64,000 nt of DNA. Source: Deinococcales bacterium (GTDB lineage Bacteria > Deinococcota > Deinococci > Deinococcales > JAAFIG01). The position numbers and the translations under genes were made by a program. Positions 30,368 to 39,620 of this stretch are shown piece after piece. How positions within the stretch are numbered: the stretch's first letter is position 1; every line of letters starts with the position of its first letter. Under the pieces are notes generated by a model, which saw only the letters and a list, made by a program, of their open reading frames with translations, had not been told where the DNA came from and did no database searches. The stretch covers positions 1-64,000 of the forward strand of contig JANNVX010000088.1 of the NCBI GenBank assembly GCA_031414595.1. The letters run 5' to 3'.

Positions 30368-30749
30368 ATACTTGTTGATTGGTGGTTATGCCGTCAATTG
30401 GCATGGGTATCATCGTGCAACCAATGACATGGATATTTTTGTTTCTGCATCTACGGAAAATGCGGCTCGAGTTACCGCAGTCCTGCATGAATTTGGTTTT
30501 CTCGAGGTCAATTCGCAGATGATGTCAACTCCAAAAAGCATGGTTCGTATGGGTGTGCCTCCAACAAAATTAGAGGTGACGAATTTTATTGATGGTGTGA
30601 CTTTCGAGGAATGCTTTGAAAAACGGCTGCGGGTCACATTTGATGGCATCACTTTCAATCTGATTTCCCTGCCAGATTTGCGCCGCAATAAAAAAGCCAG
30701 TGGCAGACTCAAAGACTTAGCCGACCTCGAGAATTTACCGGAAGGATAA
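30303..30749 (+). CDS. Nucleotidyltransferase-fold protein (DUF6036/AbiEii-like)
   Basis: YLLIGGYAV..HG..RAT.DMD, NK.ASGR.KD.ADL. Confidence 0.8.
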   Translation: MVISLDQNFKEFLSLLEFQNVEYLLIGGYAVNWHGYHRATNDMDIFVSASTENAARVTAVLHEFGFLEVNSQMMSTPKSMVRMGVPPTKLEVTNFIDGVTFEECFEKRLRVTFDGITFNLISLPDLRRNKKASGRLKDLADLENLPEG

Positions 30750-30751
30750 TA

Positions 30752-31516
30752 ATGCCAACTTGGGACGCACAGCAATACCTGAAATTCTCCAACGAACGCA
30801 CCCAACCTGCGATAGATTTGGTCTCGAGGATTGAACTCGAGCCGAAAACCATTCTTGACCTTGGTTGTGGACCCGGCAACAGCACCGAAGTTCTGTTTAA
30901 CCGTTGGCAGCACGCCAGTTTAACGGGTTTGGATTCTTCTTCTGAAATGCTGCAACAAGCTAGAAAAGCCCATCCTGATTGGGATTGGCTCGAGGCAGAC
31001 ATGGTTTCTTTTGAATCCGACATAAAATTTGACTTGGTGTTTTCCAATGCTGCCATTCAGTGGGTTAAAAATCACGCAGTGTTGCTGCCAAAACTCAAGA
31101 ATTTGGTATCAAGTGGCGGCGCTTTAGCCATTCAGATTCCAGCCCATCAGCGCTCGCATTTGCATCGTGCCATGATCACAATAGCCCAAGATTCTCAGTG
31201 GCTCAAGTACATGCAGCACGCCCAAACTGCATTATCACTCGAGACTCCGCAGTTTTATTATGATGTCCTGCTTCCAGCCAACAAAATTGTCTTGTGGCAA
31301 ACCGCTTATCAGCACGTCATGCCCAACCCAGAAGCGATTCTTGAGTGGATTCGGGGGACAGGTTTGCGTCCTTTTCTTGAGGCACTGCCCAATGCCAAGG
31401 CTCGAGCCGATTTTGAGGCGCAACTGCTCAAGCGGGTGAGGATAGATTATCCTGCTCAGTGCGATGGGAATGTGCTTTTTGAGTTTAACCGCTTGTTTAT
31501 GATTGCCTATCTTTAA
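30752..31516 (+). CDS. tam: Trans-aconitate 2-methyltransferase
   Basis: WD..QYL.F..ERT.PA.DL, DLGCGPGNST, W..GTGLRPFL, F.RLF. Confidence 0.9.
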   Translation: MPTWDAQQYLKFSNERTQPAIDLVSRIELEPKTILDLGCGPGNSTEVLFNRWQHASLTGLDSSSEMLQQARKAHPDWDWLEADMVSFESDIKFDLVFSNAAIQWVKNHAVLLPKLKNLVSSGGALAIQIPAHQRSHLHRAMITIAQDSQWLKYMQHAQTALSLETPQFYYDVLLPANKIVLWQTAYQHVMPNPEAILEWIRGTGLRPFLEALPNAKARADFEAQLLKRVRIDYPAQCDGNVLFEFNRLFMIAYL

Positions 31517-31561
31517 GATTTTTGTTGGAAAATTTGCCCTTAAAAACGATATGATAGCCCC

Positions 31562-32974
31562 ATGAGTATCACACCAGATTGGGTTAAGGACGCAGTTTTT
31601 TATCAGATTTTCCCAGACCGTTTTGCCAAGTCCGAGGCGGTTGCAAAATCAAGTAATCTCGAGCCTTGGGATTCTAAACCGACACCACACGGCTATAAAG
31701 GCGGGGATTTACTCGGTGTAGTCGAGCATTTGGATCATCTGGAATTGCTTGGGATAACCGCCATTTATTTTTGCCCAGTCTTTCAAAGTGGGGCAAATCA
31801 CCGCTATCACACCCATGATTATATGGTGGTTGACCCGATGTTGGGCGGTAACGAAGCCTTAAAAACACTGCTCGAGGCAGCGCATTCGCGTGGCATAAAA
31901 GTCGTTTTGGATGGGGTTTTTAATCATGCCTCGCGTGGTTTTTTTCAGTTCCATGATGTTCTCGAGAATGGAAGCCAGAGTGCCTATGTGGATTGGTTTT
32001 TTATTAAGGGTTTTCCGCTTCGGGCGTATGAAAGCCGTGAGCCACCCAATTACGAGGCTTGGTGGGGCTATCCAGCCTTGCCAAAATTTAATACCGATAC
32101 CTTGGCGGTGCGTCAGTACCTTTGGGGTGTGGCGGAATACTGGATGAAACAAGGGATAGACGGCTGGCGTTTGGATGTGCCGAACGAAATTGATGATGAT
32201 GCTTTTTGGCAAGAATTCCGGCGGAGGGTTAAAAATGTCAACCCCGAAGGCTATATTGTTGGGGAAATTTGGGAAACCGCCCAGCGTTGGTTGCAGGGCG
32301 ATCAATTCGATGCGGTGATGAATTATGTCTTCTCGAGCCTCGCCTATGATTTTCTTGCCGCCAAGCAAATCATGCCGAGCGTGACCAAGGACACGAGCTT
32401 AAAGCACTTGGGGACGCGCTCGTTAAATGCCACTGGTTTTGCTAAGGGTGTGCAGGAATTACTCTCTTTGTATCCGTGGGATATAAACCTTGTGCAACTA
32501 AATTTGTTGTGCAGTCACGACACACCACGGCTTCATAGTGTGATTGGTCATGACTTGGCGACTTATAAACTTTTAACGCTGTTCCAAATGGCTTTTGTTG
32601 GAGCGCCGTGCATTTATTACGGTGATGAGATTGGACTGGACGGTCTAAGCGACCCCGATTGCCGACGTGGAATGCCTTGGGATGTGAGTCGGTGGAACAT
32701 AGAAATTCTCGAGTTTACCAAAGCCTGTATTGCTGCCCGTAAACGAATTCCAGCTTTGCGGCGCGGTGAAATTAAGTTCTTGTACACCGCAGGGATGACC
32801 GTGATGTTTGAACGTACCTTTGAAGGTAGCCGTGCCTTGGTTGCCTTAAACGCCTCTGAAACAGCCGTCAGTCTCGAGGTCGGCGGGGTGTATGCAGATG
32901 CACTTAATAATTCTCGGGTTGAAGGGACTTTACTTCTCGAGCCGCGCAGTGGGGTCATTCTCGAAGAAATTTGA
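31562..32974 (+). CDS. GH13 neopullulanase/cyclomaltodextrinase
   Basis: FYQIFPDRF, LDGVFNH, LPKFN, GWRLDV, GEIW, SHDTPR. Confidence 0.92.
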   Translation: MSITPDWVKDAVFYQIFPDRFAKSEAVAKSSNLEPWDSKPTPHGYKGGDLLGVVEHLDHLELLGITAIYFCPVFQSGANHRYHTHDYMVVDPMLGGNEALKTLLEAAHSRGIKVVLDGVFNHASRGFFQFHDVLENGSQSAYVDWFFIKGFPLRAYESREPPNYEAWWGYPALPKFNTDTLAVRQYLWGVAEYWMKQGIDGWRLDVPNEIDDDAFWQEFRRRVKNVNPEGYIVGEIWETAQRWLQGDQFDAVMNYVFSSLAYDFLAAKQIMPSVTKDTSLKHLGTRSLNATGFAKGVQELLSLYPWDINLVQLNLLCSHDTPRLHSVIGHDLATYKLLTLFQMAFVGAPCIYYGDEIGLDGLSDPDCRRGMPWDVSRWNIEILEFTKACIAARKRIPALRRGEIKFLYTAGMTVMFERTFEGSRALVALNASETAVSLEVGGVYADALNNSRVEGTLLLEPRSGVILEEI

Positions 32975-33005
32975 CGCTTTTAACTTAAAGCCTCACAATA
33001 AAGGA

Positions 33006-33266
33006 ATGACATATTCTGAAATTCGGACTCATCATCCAGATACTTGGTTACTGCTTGAAGTCTTGCAAGGTCATTCGCAAGGAGAGTTTCGCATTCTCGA
33101 GGATTTAGCAGTTGTGGATGTGTTTAGTGAATCCTTTTCGGCACTCCTAGCTTATAAAAAGCTGCATGGTATTGCACCACACCGTGAATTGTATGTGGTT
33201 CATAGCAGTAAGCCCGAATTGATTGTTAAAGAGCGAGTTTGGCTTGGTATTCGGAGCGCTGCGTGA
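33006..33266 (+). CDS. Small hypothetical protein paired with an aspartyl protease
   Basis: ATG 33006 after AAGGA; GTGA overlap with the next gene. Confidence 0.65.
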   Translation: MTYSEIRTHHPDTWLLLEVLQGHSQGEFRILEDLAVVDVFSESFSALLAYKKLHGIAPHRELYVVHSSKPELIVKERVWLGIRSAA

Positions 33267-33640
33267 AATTGCGTTTTGAACGTGGCTTATTACTTTGTGA
33301 AGTCCAAATTGCTCACGCTGCACAAACGCTTTTGTTATCTCGAGTGTTGGTGGATACTGGTTCGGCAGGTACAATTTTTCAGACTGATGAATTGCGTAAA
33401 ATTGGTATTGAGTACGATTTGAATGACGAAATGCACCGAATTAGAGGGGTCGGTGGCTCTGAATTTGTATTTTCTAAAAATTTATCCTTGATTCAAGTTG
33501 GTGATTTGCGAACTGAGCATTTTATGGTTGAAGTTGGCTGGATGGATTATGGTTTTGAATTACAAGGTATTTTGGGATTGGATTTTTTGCGAATAACCAA
33601 AGCAATCATTGACCTTGATAAATTTGAATTGCGAATTTAG
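33263..33640 (+). CDS. Retropepsin-like aspartyl protease
   Basis: LVDTGS, GVGG, GILGLDFL. Confidence 0.85.
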   Translation: MKLRFERGLLLCEVQIAHAAQTLLLSRVLVDTGSAGTIFQTDELRKIGIEYDLNDEMHRIRGVGGSEFVFSKNLSLIQVGDLRTEHFMVEVGWMDYGFELQGILGLDFLRITKAIIDLDKFELRI

Positions 33641-33688
33641 TCTTTTATGTCTATCACCTTGGCTCGAGACACGGTAGACTGGTAAGTT

Positions 33689-34789
33689 ATGAACGAGTCC
33701 TTAGAAATTATTCTCGCCGAGTTTGCCCAACTCGAAGCGAGCCTAGCTGACCCGGTGCTTTTAGCCGACGGCGCGGCATACGCTCGAGCGCAACGCAAAT
33801 ACGGCGAGATGCAGGAGTTAGCCCGATTAAGTCGGTTGTTACTCGAGACCAAGCAGCGCCTTTCCGAAGCACTGGGGTTGTTGTCTGACCCCGACCTTGG
33901 AGAATTGGCAGCCCTAGACGTGCTTGAGTGCGAAGAAAAAATCCCATTGCTCGAGTTGGAGTTTGAAGAACTGACCCTACCTAAAGACAGCGCTGATGCT
34001 CGAGATGTGATTCTTGAAATTCGGGCGGGTACGGGCGGCGCAGAAGCGGGGTTATTTGCCGCCGATGTTTTTAGGATGTATCAGCGTTATTGTGAAACCC
34101 TGCATTTTAAGCTGGAAGTAATTGACACCAACGAATCCGACATTGGTGGGTTTGCCAAAGTCACCGCCGAGATTCGTGGGGCTGGGGCATTTGGGATTTT
34201 TAAGTTTGAATCTGGGGTGCATCGGGTGCAACGGATTCCAAGTACCGAGTCGGCTGGGCGGATTCACACCAGTACCGCCACAATTGCGGTGCTGCCCGAA
34301 GCCGAGGATGTGGATGTGCAACTCAGTCCTGCCGATTACCGCATTGATGTTTACCGCGCTGGTGGACATGGTGGGCAGGGAGTCAACACCACCGATAGTG
34401 CGGTGCGAATTGTCTACCGCGAAGGCACACCCGACGAGATTACCGTGACTTGCCAAGATGGTCGTAGCCAGTTAAAAAATCGCGATAAAGCCTTGACCGT
34501 GCTGCGCTCGAGACTGTTTGAGCGTGAACGCGAACGCACTGCCCGCGAACGCTCCGAAGCCCGTTCGAGCCTGATTGGTTCAGGCGAGCGTTCCGAAAAA
34601 ATCCGCACTTATAATTATCCGCAAAATCGTGTCACCGACCACCGTCTTGAAGGTGAAGCCAAGAATTATCCGCTTGTCACCATCATCGAAGGTGGCATGA
34701 CCGAATTAACAACTGCCTTACGAGCTTTAGAAAAAGAAACCCTGATTGCGGAGCGAATCGAAAAGCAAATGCAGAAGGTTGCTGCGTAA
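33689..34789 (+). CDS. prfA: Peptide chain release factor 1
   Basis: EIRAGTGG.EA, ESGVHRVQRIPST (PxT), GGQGVNTTDSAV, RTYNYPQNR. Confidence 0.96.
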   Translation: MNESLEIILAEFAQLEASLADPVLLADGAAYARAQRKYGEMQELARLSRLLLETKQRLSEALGLLSDPDLGELAALDVLECEEKIPLLELEFEELTLPKDSADARDVILEIRAGTGGAEAGLFAADVFRMYQRYCETLHFKLEVIDTNESDIGGFAKVTAEIRGAGAFGIFKFESGVHRVQRIPSTESAGRIHTSTATIAVLPEAEDVDVQLSPADYRIDVYRAGGHGGQGVNTTDSAVRIVYREGTPDEITVTCQDGRSQLKNRDKALTVLRSRLFERERERTARERSEARSSLIGSGERSEKIRTYNYPQNRVTDHRLEGEAKNYPLVTIIEGGMTELTTALRALEKETLIAERIEKQMQKVAA

Positions 34790-35271
34790 TGGCGCGACGT
34801 GAATTACTGGTCGCAGCCGCCGTGCTGCGCGATAAAATGGGTCGTGTGTTGTTGGTTGCCAACGACTGGCAAGGGCTGGGTCGGGTGCGTTATACCGTCC
34901 CGGGCGGCATGGTTGAACACGGCGAAACTGCGCTGCAAGCTGTCAAACGCGAAGTTCTCGAGGAGACAGGGCTAAAGGTCAAGCACGTCCATCATTTGGC
35001 GTACAGTGTCCATATCGAAGATGAAATGAAGAACGAACGGATTATTGTCTTTGCTTTTGCTGCCGAATGGGATGGGTTATTAAACCCTCGAGACCCAGAT
35101 GGTTTTATTGTCGAAGCCCGTTTTTTTGACCCCAAAGAAGCCGTCGAAAAACTGGGACAAGTGCCGATGCGTGAACCGCTCCTCGATTACTTAACCACGG
35201 GGGTTCATGGGCGTTTTTATGGTTTTAATGGCTGGGATGGACGCGGTGGGGTGCGTGTTCCGGGTTTATGA
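34789..35271 (+). CDS. NUDIX hydrolase
   Basis: Nudix box PGG.VE.GE….A..RE..EETGL. Confidence 0.9.
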   Translation: MARRELLVAAAVLRDKMGRVLLVANDWQGLGRVRYTVPGGMVEHGETALQAVKREVLEETGLKVKHVHHLAYSVHIEDEMKNERIIVFAFAAEWDGLLNPRDPDGFIVEARFFDPKEAVEKLGQVPMREPLLDYLTTGVHGRFYGFNGWDGRGGVRVPGL

Positions 35272-35696
35272 ACTTAATTCCAGAACTGAGTGTCAAGGAT
35301 TATTTAGCCAGTCTCGAGTTTTACACCCAAGTGCTGGGTTTTGATGTGCTGTACGAACGTTCCGAAGAAGGTTTTGCTTTTTTAACCCTTGGACAAGTCC
35401 AATTGATGATTGACCAAATTGGCTTAGGGCGGACTTGGCAAACGGCTGCTTTTGAATATCCGCTTGGACGCGGAATCAACTTTCAAATTACAGTTGATAA
35501 TCTTGAGCCTATCTTAGACAATATCAATAAGCGTCAAATTCCGCTTTTGATGGAAGTCGAAGAACGCTGGTATCGTAAGAATAATCTTGAACTTGGTAAT
35601 CGGCAATTTTTGGTACAAGACCCAGATGGTTATTTGCTGAGGTTTGCACAGGATTTAGGAACAAGGGAAGTGAAAAATGACCAACGAAACAATTAA
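35268..35696 (+). CDS. VOC/bleomycin-resistance family protein
   Basis: LIPELSV, YPLGRGINFQ, QFLVQDPDGYLLRF. Confidence 0.9.
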   Translation: MNLIPELSVKDYLASLEFYTQVLGFDVLYERSEEGFAFLTLGQVQLMIDQIGLGRTWQTAAFEYPLGRGINFQITVDNLEPILDNINKRQIPLLMEVEERWYRKNNLELGNRQFLVQDPDGYLLRFAQDLGTREVKNDQRNN

Positions 35697-36228
35697 AGAA
35701 TTTGTGATTGCTGGGCATGGCAACTCTGAAAAAGTCAAAACCATGCTGCTCGAGAATCCAGAAATTTTAGAAGCGGCTTTTGAATGGCGCAAAGGGGATT
35801 TTGAAACTGCCTTGCAAGCTGCTTCGCACGTCGGAAACGAGGCTATTGCTCGGTTTTTACTCGAGCAGGGCGCTAAACTCGAGATAACCACGGCGGCAAT
35901 GCTTGGGGATATGGAAGGGGTCGAAAATTTCTTATTGCAAAATCCAGAAGCAATTCAGGCAAAAGGCGCTCATGGGATTACTTTATTAACCCATGCAGTG
36001 ATGTCCGAGAAGGCTGATTTGGTGCGTAGCCTAATTCTAAAAGGCGCAATAGATGGTGCAGGTATGGCGCTCAACATTGCCACCGATATTGGCAATCTCG
36101 AGGTCATAAAAGTGCTGCTTGAACATACCAAACCAGATGTAGCTTGGAAAAACTTTAAGGGTAAATCGGCTATGGAATTAGCGAACCCAGAAATTCTTGC
36201 GCTGCTCGAGGCGGCTGGTCATGCGTAA
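35677..36228 (+). CDS. Ankyrin-repeat protein
   Basis: ETALQAASHVG….A.FLL..GA, GAHGI.LL.HA. Confidence 0.8.
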   Translation: MTNETIKEFVIAGHGNSEKVKTMLLENPEILEAAFEWRKGDFETALQAASHVGNEAIARFLLEQGAKLEITTAAMLGDMEGVENFLLQNPEAIQAKGAHGITLLTHAVMSEKADLVRSLILKGAIDGAGMALNIATDIGNLEVIKVLLEHTKPDVAWKNFKGKSAMELANPEILALLEAAGHA

Positions 36229-36541
36229 TATTTATTTTCAAATCACCAAGAACCTTAAACTTGGGCGCGATAAAGCTCTGATGGGCGATAAAAACGGTGC
36301 AGTTCAAGCCTTTGACAAATGTGTTGCCGAATTGCGTGAACTGCCGCCAGAACAGACTCGAGATGTGCTACTGGCGCATTCGTACTTGAATAAATACCAA
36401 ACACTGGCTTTAGAAAATAAAGATAATAAACGCGCCCTAGAAAGCCTGCAACGTGGCGTGTCGTATGCCAGAAGCAGCAAAGACCCGACGGCTCGAGCCG
36501 TAGCAGAAGAGTGCTTGAGCGGCTTAGATTTAACGGCTTAA
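36221..36541 (+). CDS. Hypothetical helical (TPR-like) protein
   Basis: ORF coupled to the upstream operon; ATG 36221. Confidence 0.6.
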   Translation: MRNIYFQITKNLKLGRDKALMGDKNGAVQAFDKCVAELRELPPEQTRDVLLAHSYLNKYQTLALENKDNKRALESLQRGVSYARSSKDPTARAVAEECLSGLDLTA

Positions 36542-37494
36542 GCTAATTTTCTGGGGGCTGTTTTTTGTAAATACTGGTCTATCATGACGGCGGCGATGTT
36601 GCCACTACCAGCCGCGATGCTGACCTGCTGGGTTTGCGGTTGCACATCTCCGGCTGCCCAAACGCCTTCAAACCATTCGCCATCGGGTTTACCAAGCAGT
36701 TTGGTTTGTCCGCGCCAACCTGTTTTAATATGCCCGCGTTCAGTGGTCTCGAGTCCGAGTTGAATTGCCAAGTCGTTGCGTGGGAATTTTGGACTGGAGA
36801 CATAATAGCCATCGGCGGTGACTCGAGTGCCATCCTCTAAAACCAAAGCGCTGATTGACCCCCTCGAACCTTCGATGCTGGCAATACTTCCGCTTATAAT
36901 TTCTAAGTTGTGCTGAGCGCGTTTGGTTTCGTACTCGGCTTTAATTTCTGTACCACCGGTTAAAAGTAAGCGAATACTGGCAGCAAACTCGAGCAGAGGC
37001 AGGCTTTCGGCAACGGCGCTGTTTGCGCCGCCAACACCAATCACAACGATGTGTTTACCGAGCAATTCTGGGCTTTCGCAGTCGGCACAGTAATAGGTGT
37101 TGCCTTTGGCAGCGTACTTCAAAAATGGTTCGTATTGACCGCCAACCAAGGGGTGATAACGGGCTACGCCAGTCGCAAGTAGCACGGTTTTGGCTTGGTG
37201 TTGTGTGCCAGTTTCTAAAGTGATTGTAAATTCTGGGGCAGTCCCCGAAATGCTTTTGACATTGCCTCGCTCGAGTTTAGCGCCAGCACCTAGGGCTTGT
37301 TTTTCCATGCGTTTAATAATGTCAACGCCGCGTTCATGGTCAAAACCGGGGACATTGTAAAGTGGGGTTAGGGTAAACGGTAATGGTCCTGTACGGCGGT
37401 CTACAACCAACACCGAACGCCGATGAAATGCCAAGTGCAAAGCAGCACTCAGTCCAGCCGGTCCTGCACCAATAATCACAACGTCATAAGTCAC
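36538..37494 (-). CDS. Thioredoxin-reductase-like FAD oxidoreductase
   Basis: IIGAGPAGLSAA, LATG, YCADC, AAGD. Confidence 0.88.
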   Translation of the reverse strand: MTYDVVIIGAGPAGLSAALHLAFHRRSVLVVDRRTGPLPFTLTPLYNVPGFDHERGVDIIKRMEKQALGAGAKLERGNVKSISGTAPEFTITLETGTQHQAKTVLLATGVARYHPLVGGQYEPFLKYAAKGNTYYCADCESPELLGKHIVVIGVGGANSAVAESLPLLEFAASIRLLLTGGTEIKAEYETKRAQHNLEIISGSIASIEGSRGSISALVLEDGTRVTADGYYVSSPKFPRNDLAIQLGLETTERGHIKTGWRGQTKLLGKPDGEWFEGVWAAGDVQPQTQQVSIAAGSGNIAAVMIDQYLQKTAPRKLA

Positions 37495-37739
37495 ATGGCT
37501 ATTTTAACAAGGTTTAGAGCTTAAAACCTGTTTTTGAGACCCGAGCCGATTCTCGAGAATCGGATTGAAATTTTTTTCTAAACCGCCAATAAGACTCAAA
37601 AAAACCCATACCAAAGGATGGTCACTTTTTAGGGACATCAACATAAACTCGAGCCTGTCCAGTGCAATGTGTTCAATCTCACCAGAGAACAAATTTGGGG
37701 TCTAAGACAGATGATAAATGGATTCAAAGGATAGCGTTT

Positions 37740-38102
37740 ATGAAAAAGCAGCCCATTTGGTTAATCGAAAATCACCATATTTCAATTGGTTACTTTGCTG
37801 CCCAAACCGGACTATCCATACGGGCATTGCGTCTTTATGACGAAGTTGGACTACTCAAACCAGCCGTTGTGGTCAAGCACAATAAATACCGTTATTACAA
37901 GTTTGAACAAATTGCCATTGCCCAACAGATTAAAACCTACCGCGAAAACGAATTACCCCTCGAGGAAATTAAACTGATTCTCAATCATCCGCTCAGTGCT
38001 AAAGAACGCTTAGAACAGCATCTTGAGCGTCTGCGTCAGCGTTTAACTCAGCACCAGACAATGATTGGGCAACTTGAGCAAATGCTGCATCAAACCCGTT
38101 AA
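37740..38102 (+). CDS. MerR family regulator
   Basis: IG.FA..TGLSIRALRLYDEVGLL.P, YRYY. Confidence 0.88.
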   Translation: MKKQPIWLIENHHISIGYFAAQTGLSIRALRLYDEVGLLKPAVVVKHNKYRYYKFEQIAIAQQIKTYRENELPLEEIKLILNHPLSAKERLEQHLERLRQRLTQHQTMIGQLEQMLHQTR

Positions 38103-38112
38103 AATACTGTCT

Positions 38113-38709
38113 ATGTTCAAAATCTGCACTTACCAAACTCAGCATTGGCGTGACCTCTATAAAATTTGTTTAGAAACGGGCGACAGTGGCGCGGATGCCA
38201 CGGCTTTGTACCAATATCCAGATTTACTTGGGCATTTTTATGCTGTGCCTTATGCACTGTTTGAACCAGAACTAACTTTTGTACTCGAGGATGAAGACGG
38301 CGCGTGTGGTTATATTCTTGCCACCGCCAATTCTCAAACTTTTGCCCAGCGCATGGAAAACCAGTGGTTGCCACCGTTGCGTGTAGAGTATCCCTTGCCA
38401 GATCCACAAGACCTCAGCCGTGATGCAAGTATGATTCGTACAATCCACAAAGGCTACCAAGCCGACCCCGAAATTAGTCCCCTGTATCCAGCCCATTTAC
38501 ACATTGATTTACTGTTTAGAGCGCAAAAAAAAGGACAAGGCAAATTGTTAATGCAAACCCTGTTTGCTGCATTGCGTGAAAAAAGTGTGTCTGGGGTGCA
38601 TCTCGGCGTGGGCAGTCGCAACGAAAACGGGATTGCTTTTTATCAGCATATTGGTTTTACGCAGATTCAAACGCATCCTTGGGGGATGGTTTTTGGGCTT
38701 TTGTTATGA
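38113..38709 (+). CDS. GNAT acetyltransferase
   Basis: ICL.TGDSG.DA, YPAHLHIDLL..AQ..G.G. Confidence 0.88.
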   Translation: MFKICTYQTQHWRDLYKICLETGDSGADATALYQYPDLLGHFYAVPYALFEPELTFVLEDEDGACGYILATANSQTFAQRMENQWLPPLRVEYPLPDPQDLSRDASMIRTIHKGYQADPEISPLYPAHLHIDLLFRAQKKGQGKLLMQTLFAALREKSVSGVHLGVGSRNENGIAFYQHIGFTQIQTHPWGMVFGLLL

Positions 38710-39125
38710 CCCAAGTTTTTGTGTACGGCACACTCAAACGCCATCAAATCAATCACCGATTACTCGAGGGCGTAGGCATCAAAAGAATTCGTTATGCCAT
38801 GCTGCATGGTGTGGAACTCTTTGACATTACCGACCCTGTACGCCCATACCCATACCCTGCCTTGCTTCATGGAAAAGGGCAACTGCTGGGCGAACTGGTC
38901 GAACTCGAGACAGGACAACACCCAGATGATGCGTTGTTAGTCCTTGACCACCTTGAGATGGCTGGTTTTGAATATCGGCGTGTCAAATGCTGGGTGCGGG
39001 TGAGAAACCGTTTAGAACGGGCATGGGTTTATGTATATGCCTCGAAAACCCATCTATACCGTTCTCAAGGTGTTCGGCGCTATGCTTTAACGTGGTCGCC
39101 ACGTCGTTATCAACACCGTCAATAG
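38706..39125 (+). CDS. Gamma-glutamylcyclotransferase family
   Basis: VFVYGTLK, YPAL, LD.LE, AWVYVY. Confidence 0.85.
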   Translation: MTQVFVYGTLKRHQINHRLLEGVGIKRIRYAMLHGVELFDITDPVRPYPYPALLHGKGQLLGELVELETGQHPDDALLVLDHLEMAGFEYRRVKCWVRVRNRLERAWVYVYASKTHLYRSQGVRRYALTWSPRRYQHRQ

Positions 39126-39162
39126 ATGGTTTTTTTTGGTGCGAACGTGTAACATAGACAAC

Positions 39163-39576
39163 ATGAAGAAATTCTTTGGACTATCCGCAATTGCCATTGC
39201 ACTGGCGGCTTGCGCCCCAAGCAGCAACGTCTCGAGTTTAGAAATGGACTTTGCGCCAGCCACACCACTGGGCGCACGAATTACAGGTTCTGGTACACTG
39301 GTTAGTTCGACCAGTGGTTTAACACGAATCCGTCTCGAGTTGCGTGGTTTACCAGCCAATAGCAGCCTTGGGGCTGGGGTTTTTGTCGGTTCTTGCACCA
39401 ACCAAGGACACATTCGTATTGAGTTGCCAGACCTTCGCAGTGATGCAGGAGGGAACGCCACGCTGGACACCAGTTTTAAGAATGGCAGTACACCTTCTCA
39501 AGCCTACGTCAATGTTTTCCAAAAGACCCAAGCCGATGGGTACGGCACGGCTCTGGCTTGCGCTAACCTCAAATAA
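39163..39576 (+). CDS. Lipoprotein, possibly Cu/Zn-SOD-like fold
   Basis: Lipobox LAAC, GSC…G, LPDL.SD..G.A, ACA; the His metal ligands appear absent. Confidence 0.6.
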   Translation: MKKFFGLSAIAIALAACAPSSNVSSLEMDFAPATPLGARITGSGTLVSSTSGLTRIRLELRGLPANSSLGAGVFVGSCTNQGHIRIELPDLRSDAGGNATLDTSFKNGSTPSQAYVNVFQKTQADGYGTALACANLK

Positions 39577-39588
39577 GTTTTTAAGTGG

Positions 39589-39620
39589 CAGCCCTCGAGA
39601 TTAGAGGGCTGTTTTATTTT
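39589..39620 (+). terminator. Intrinsic terminator
   Basis: CAGCCCTC-N7-GAGGGCTG followed by a T-rich tract. Confidence 0.7.
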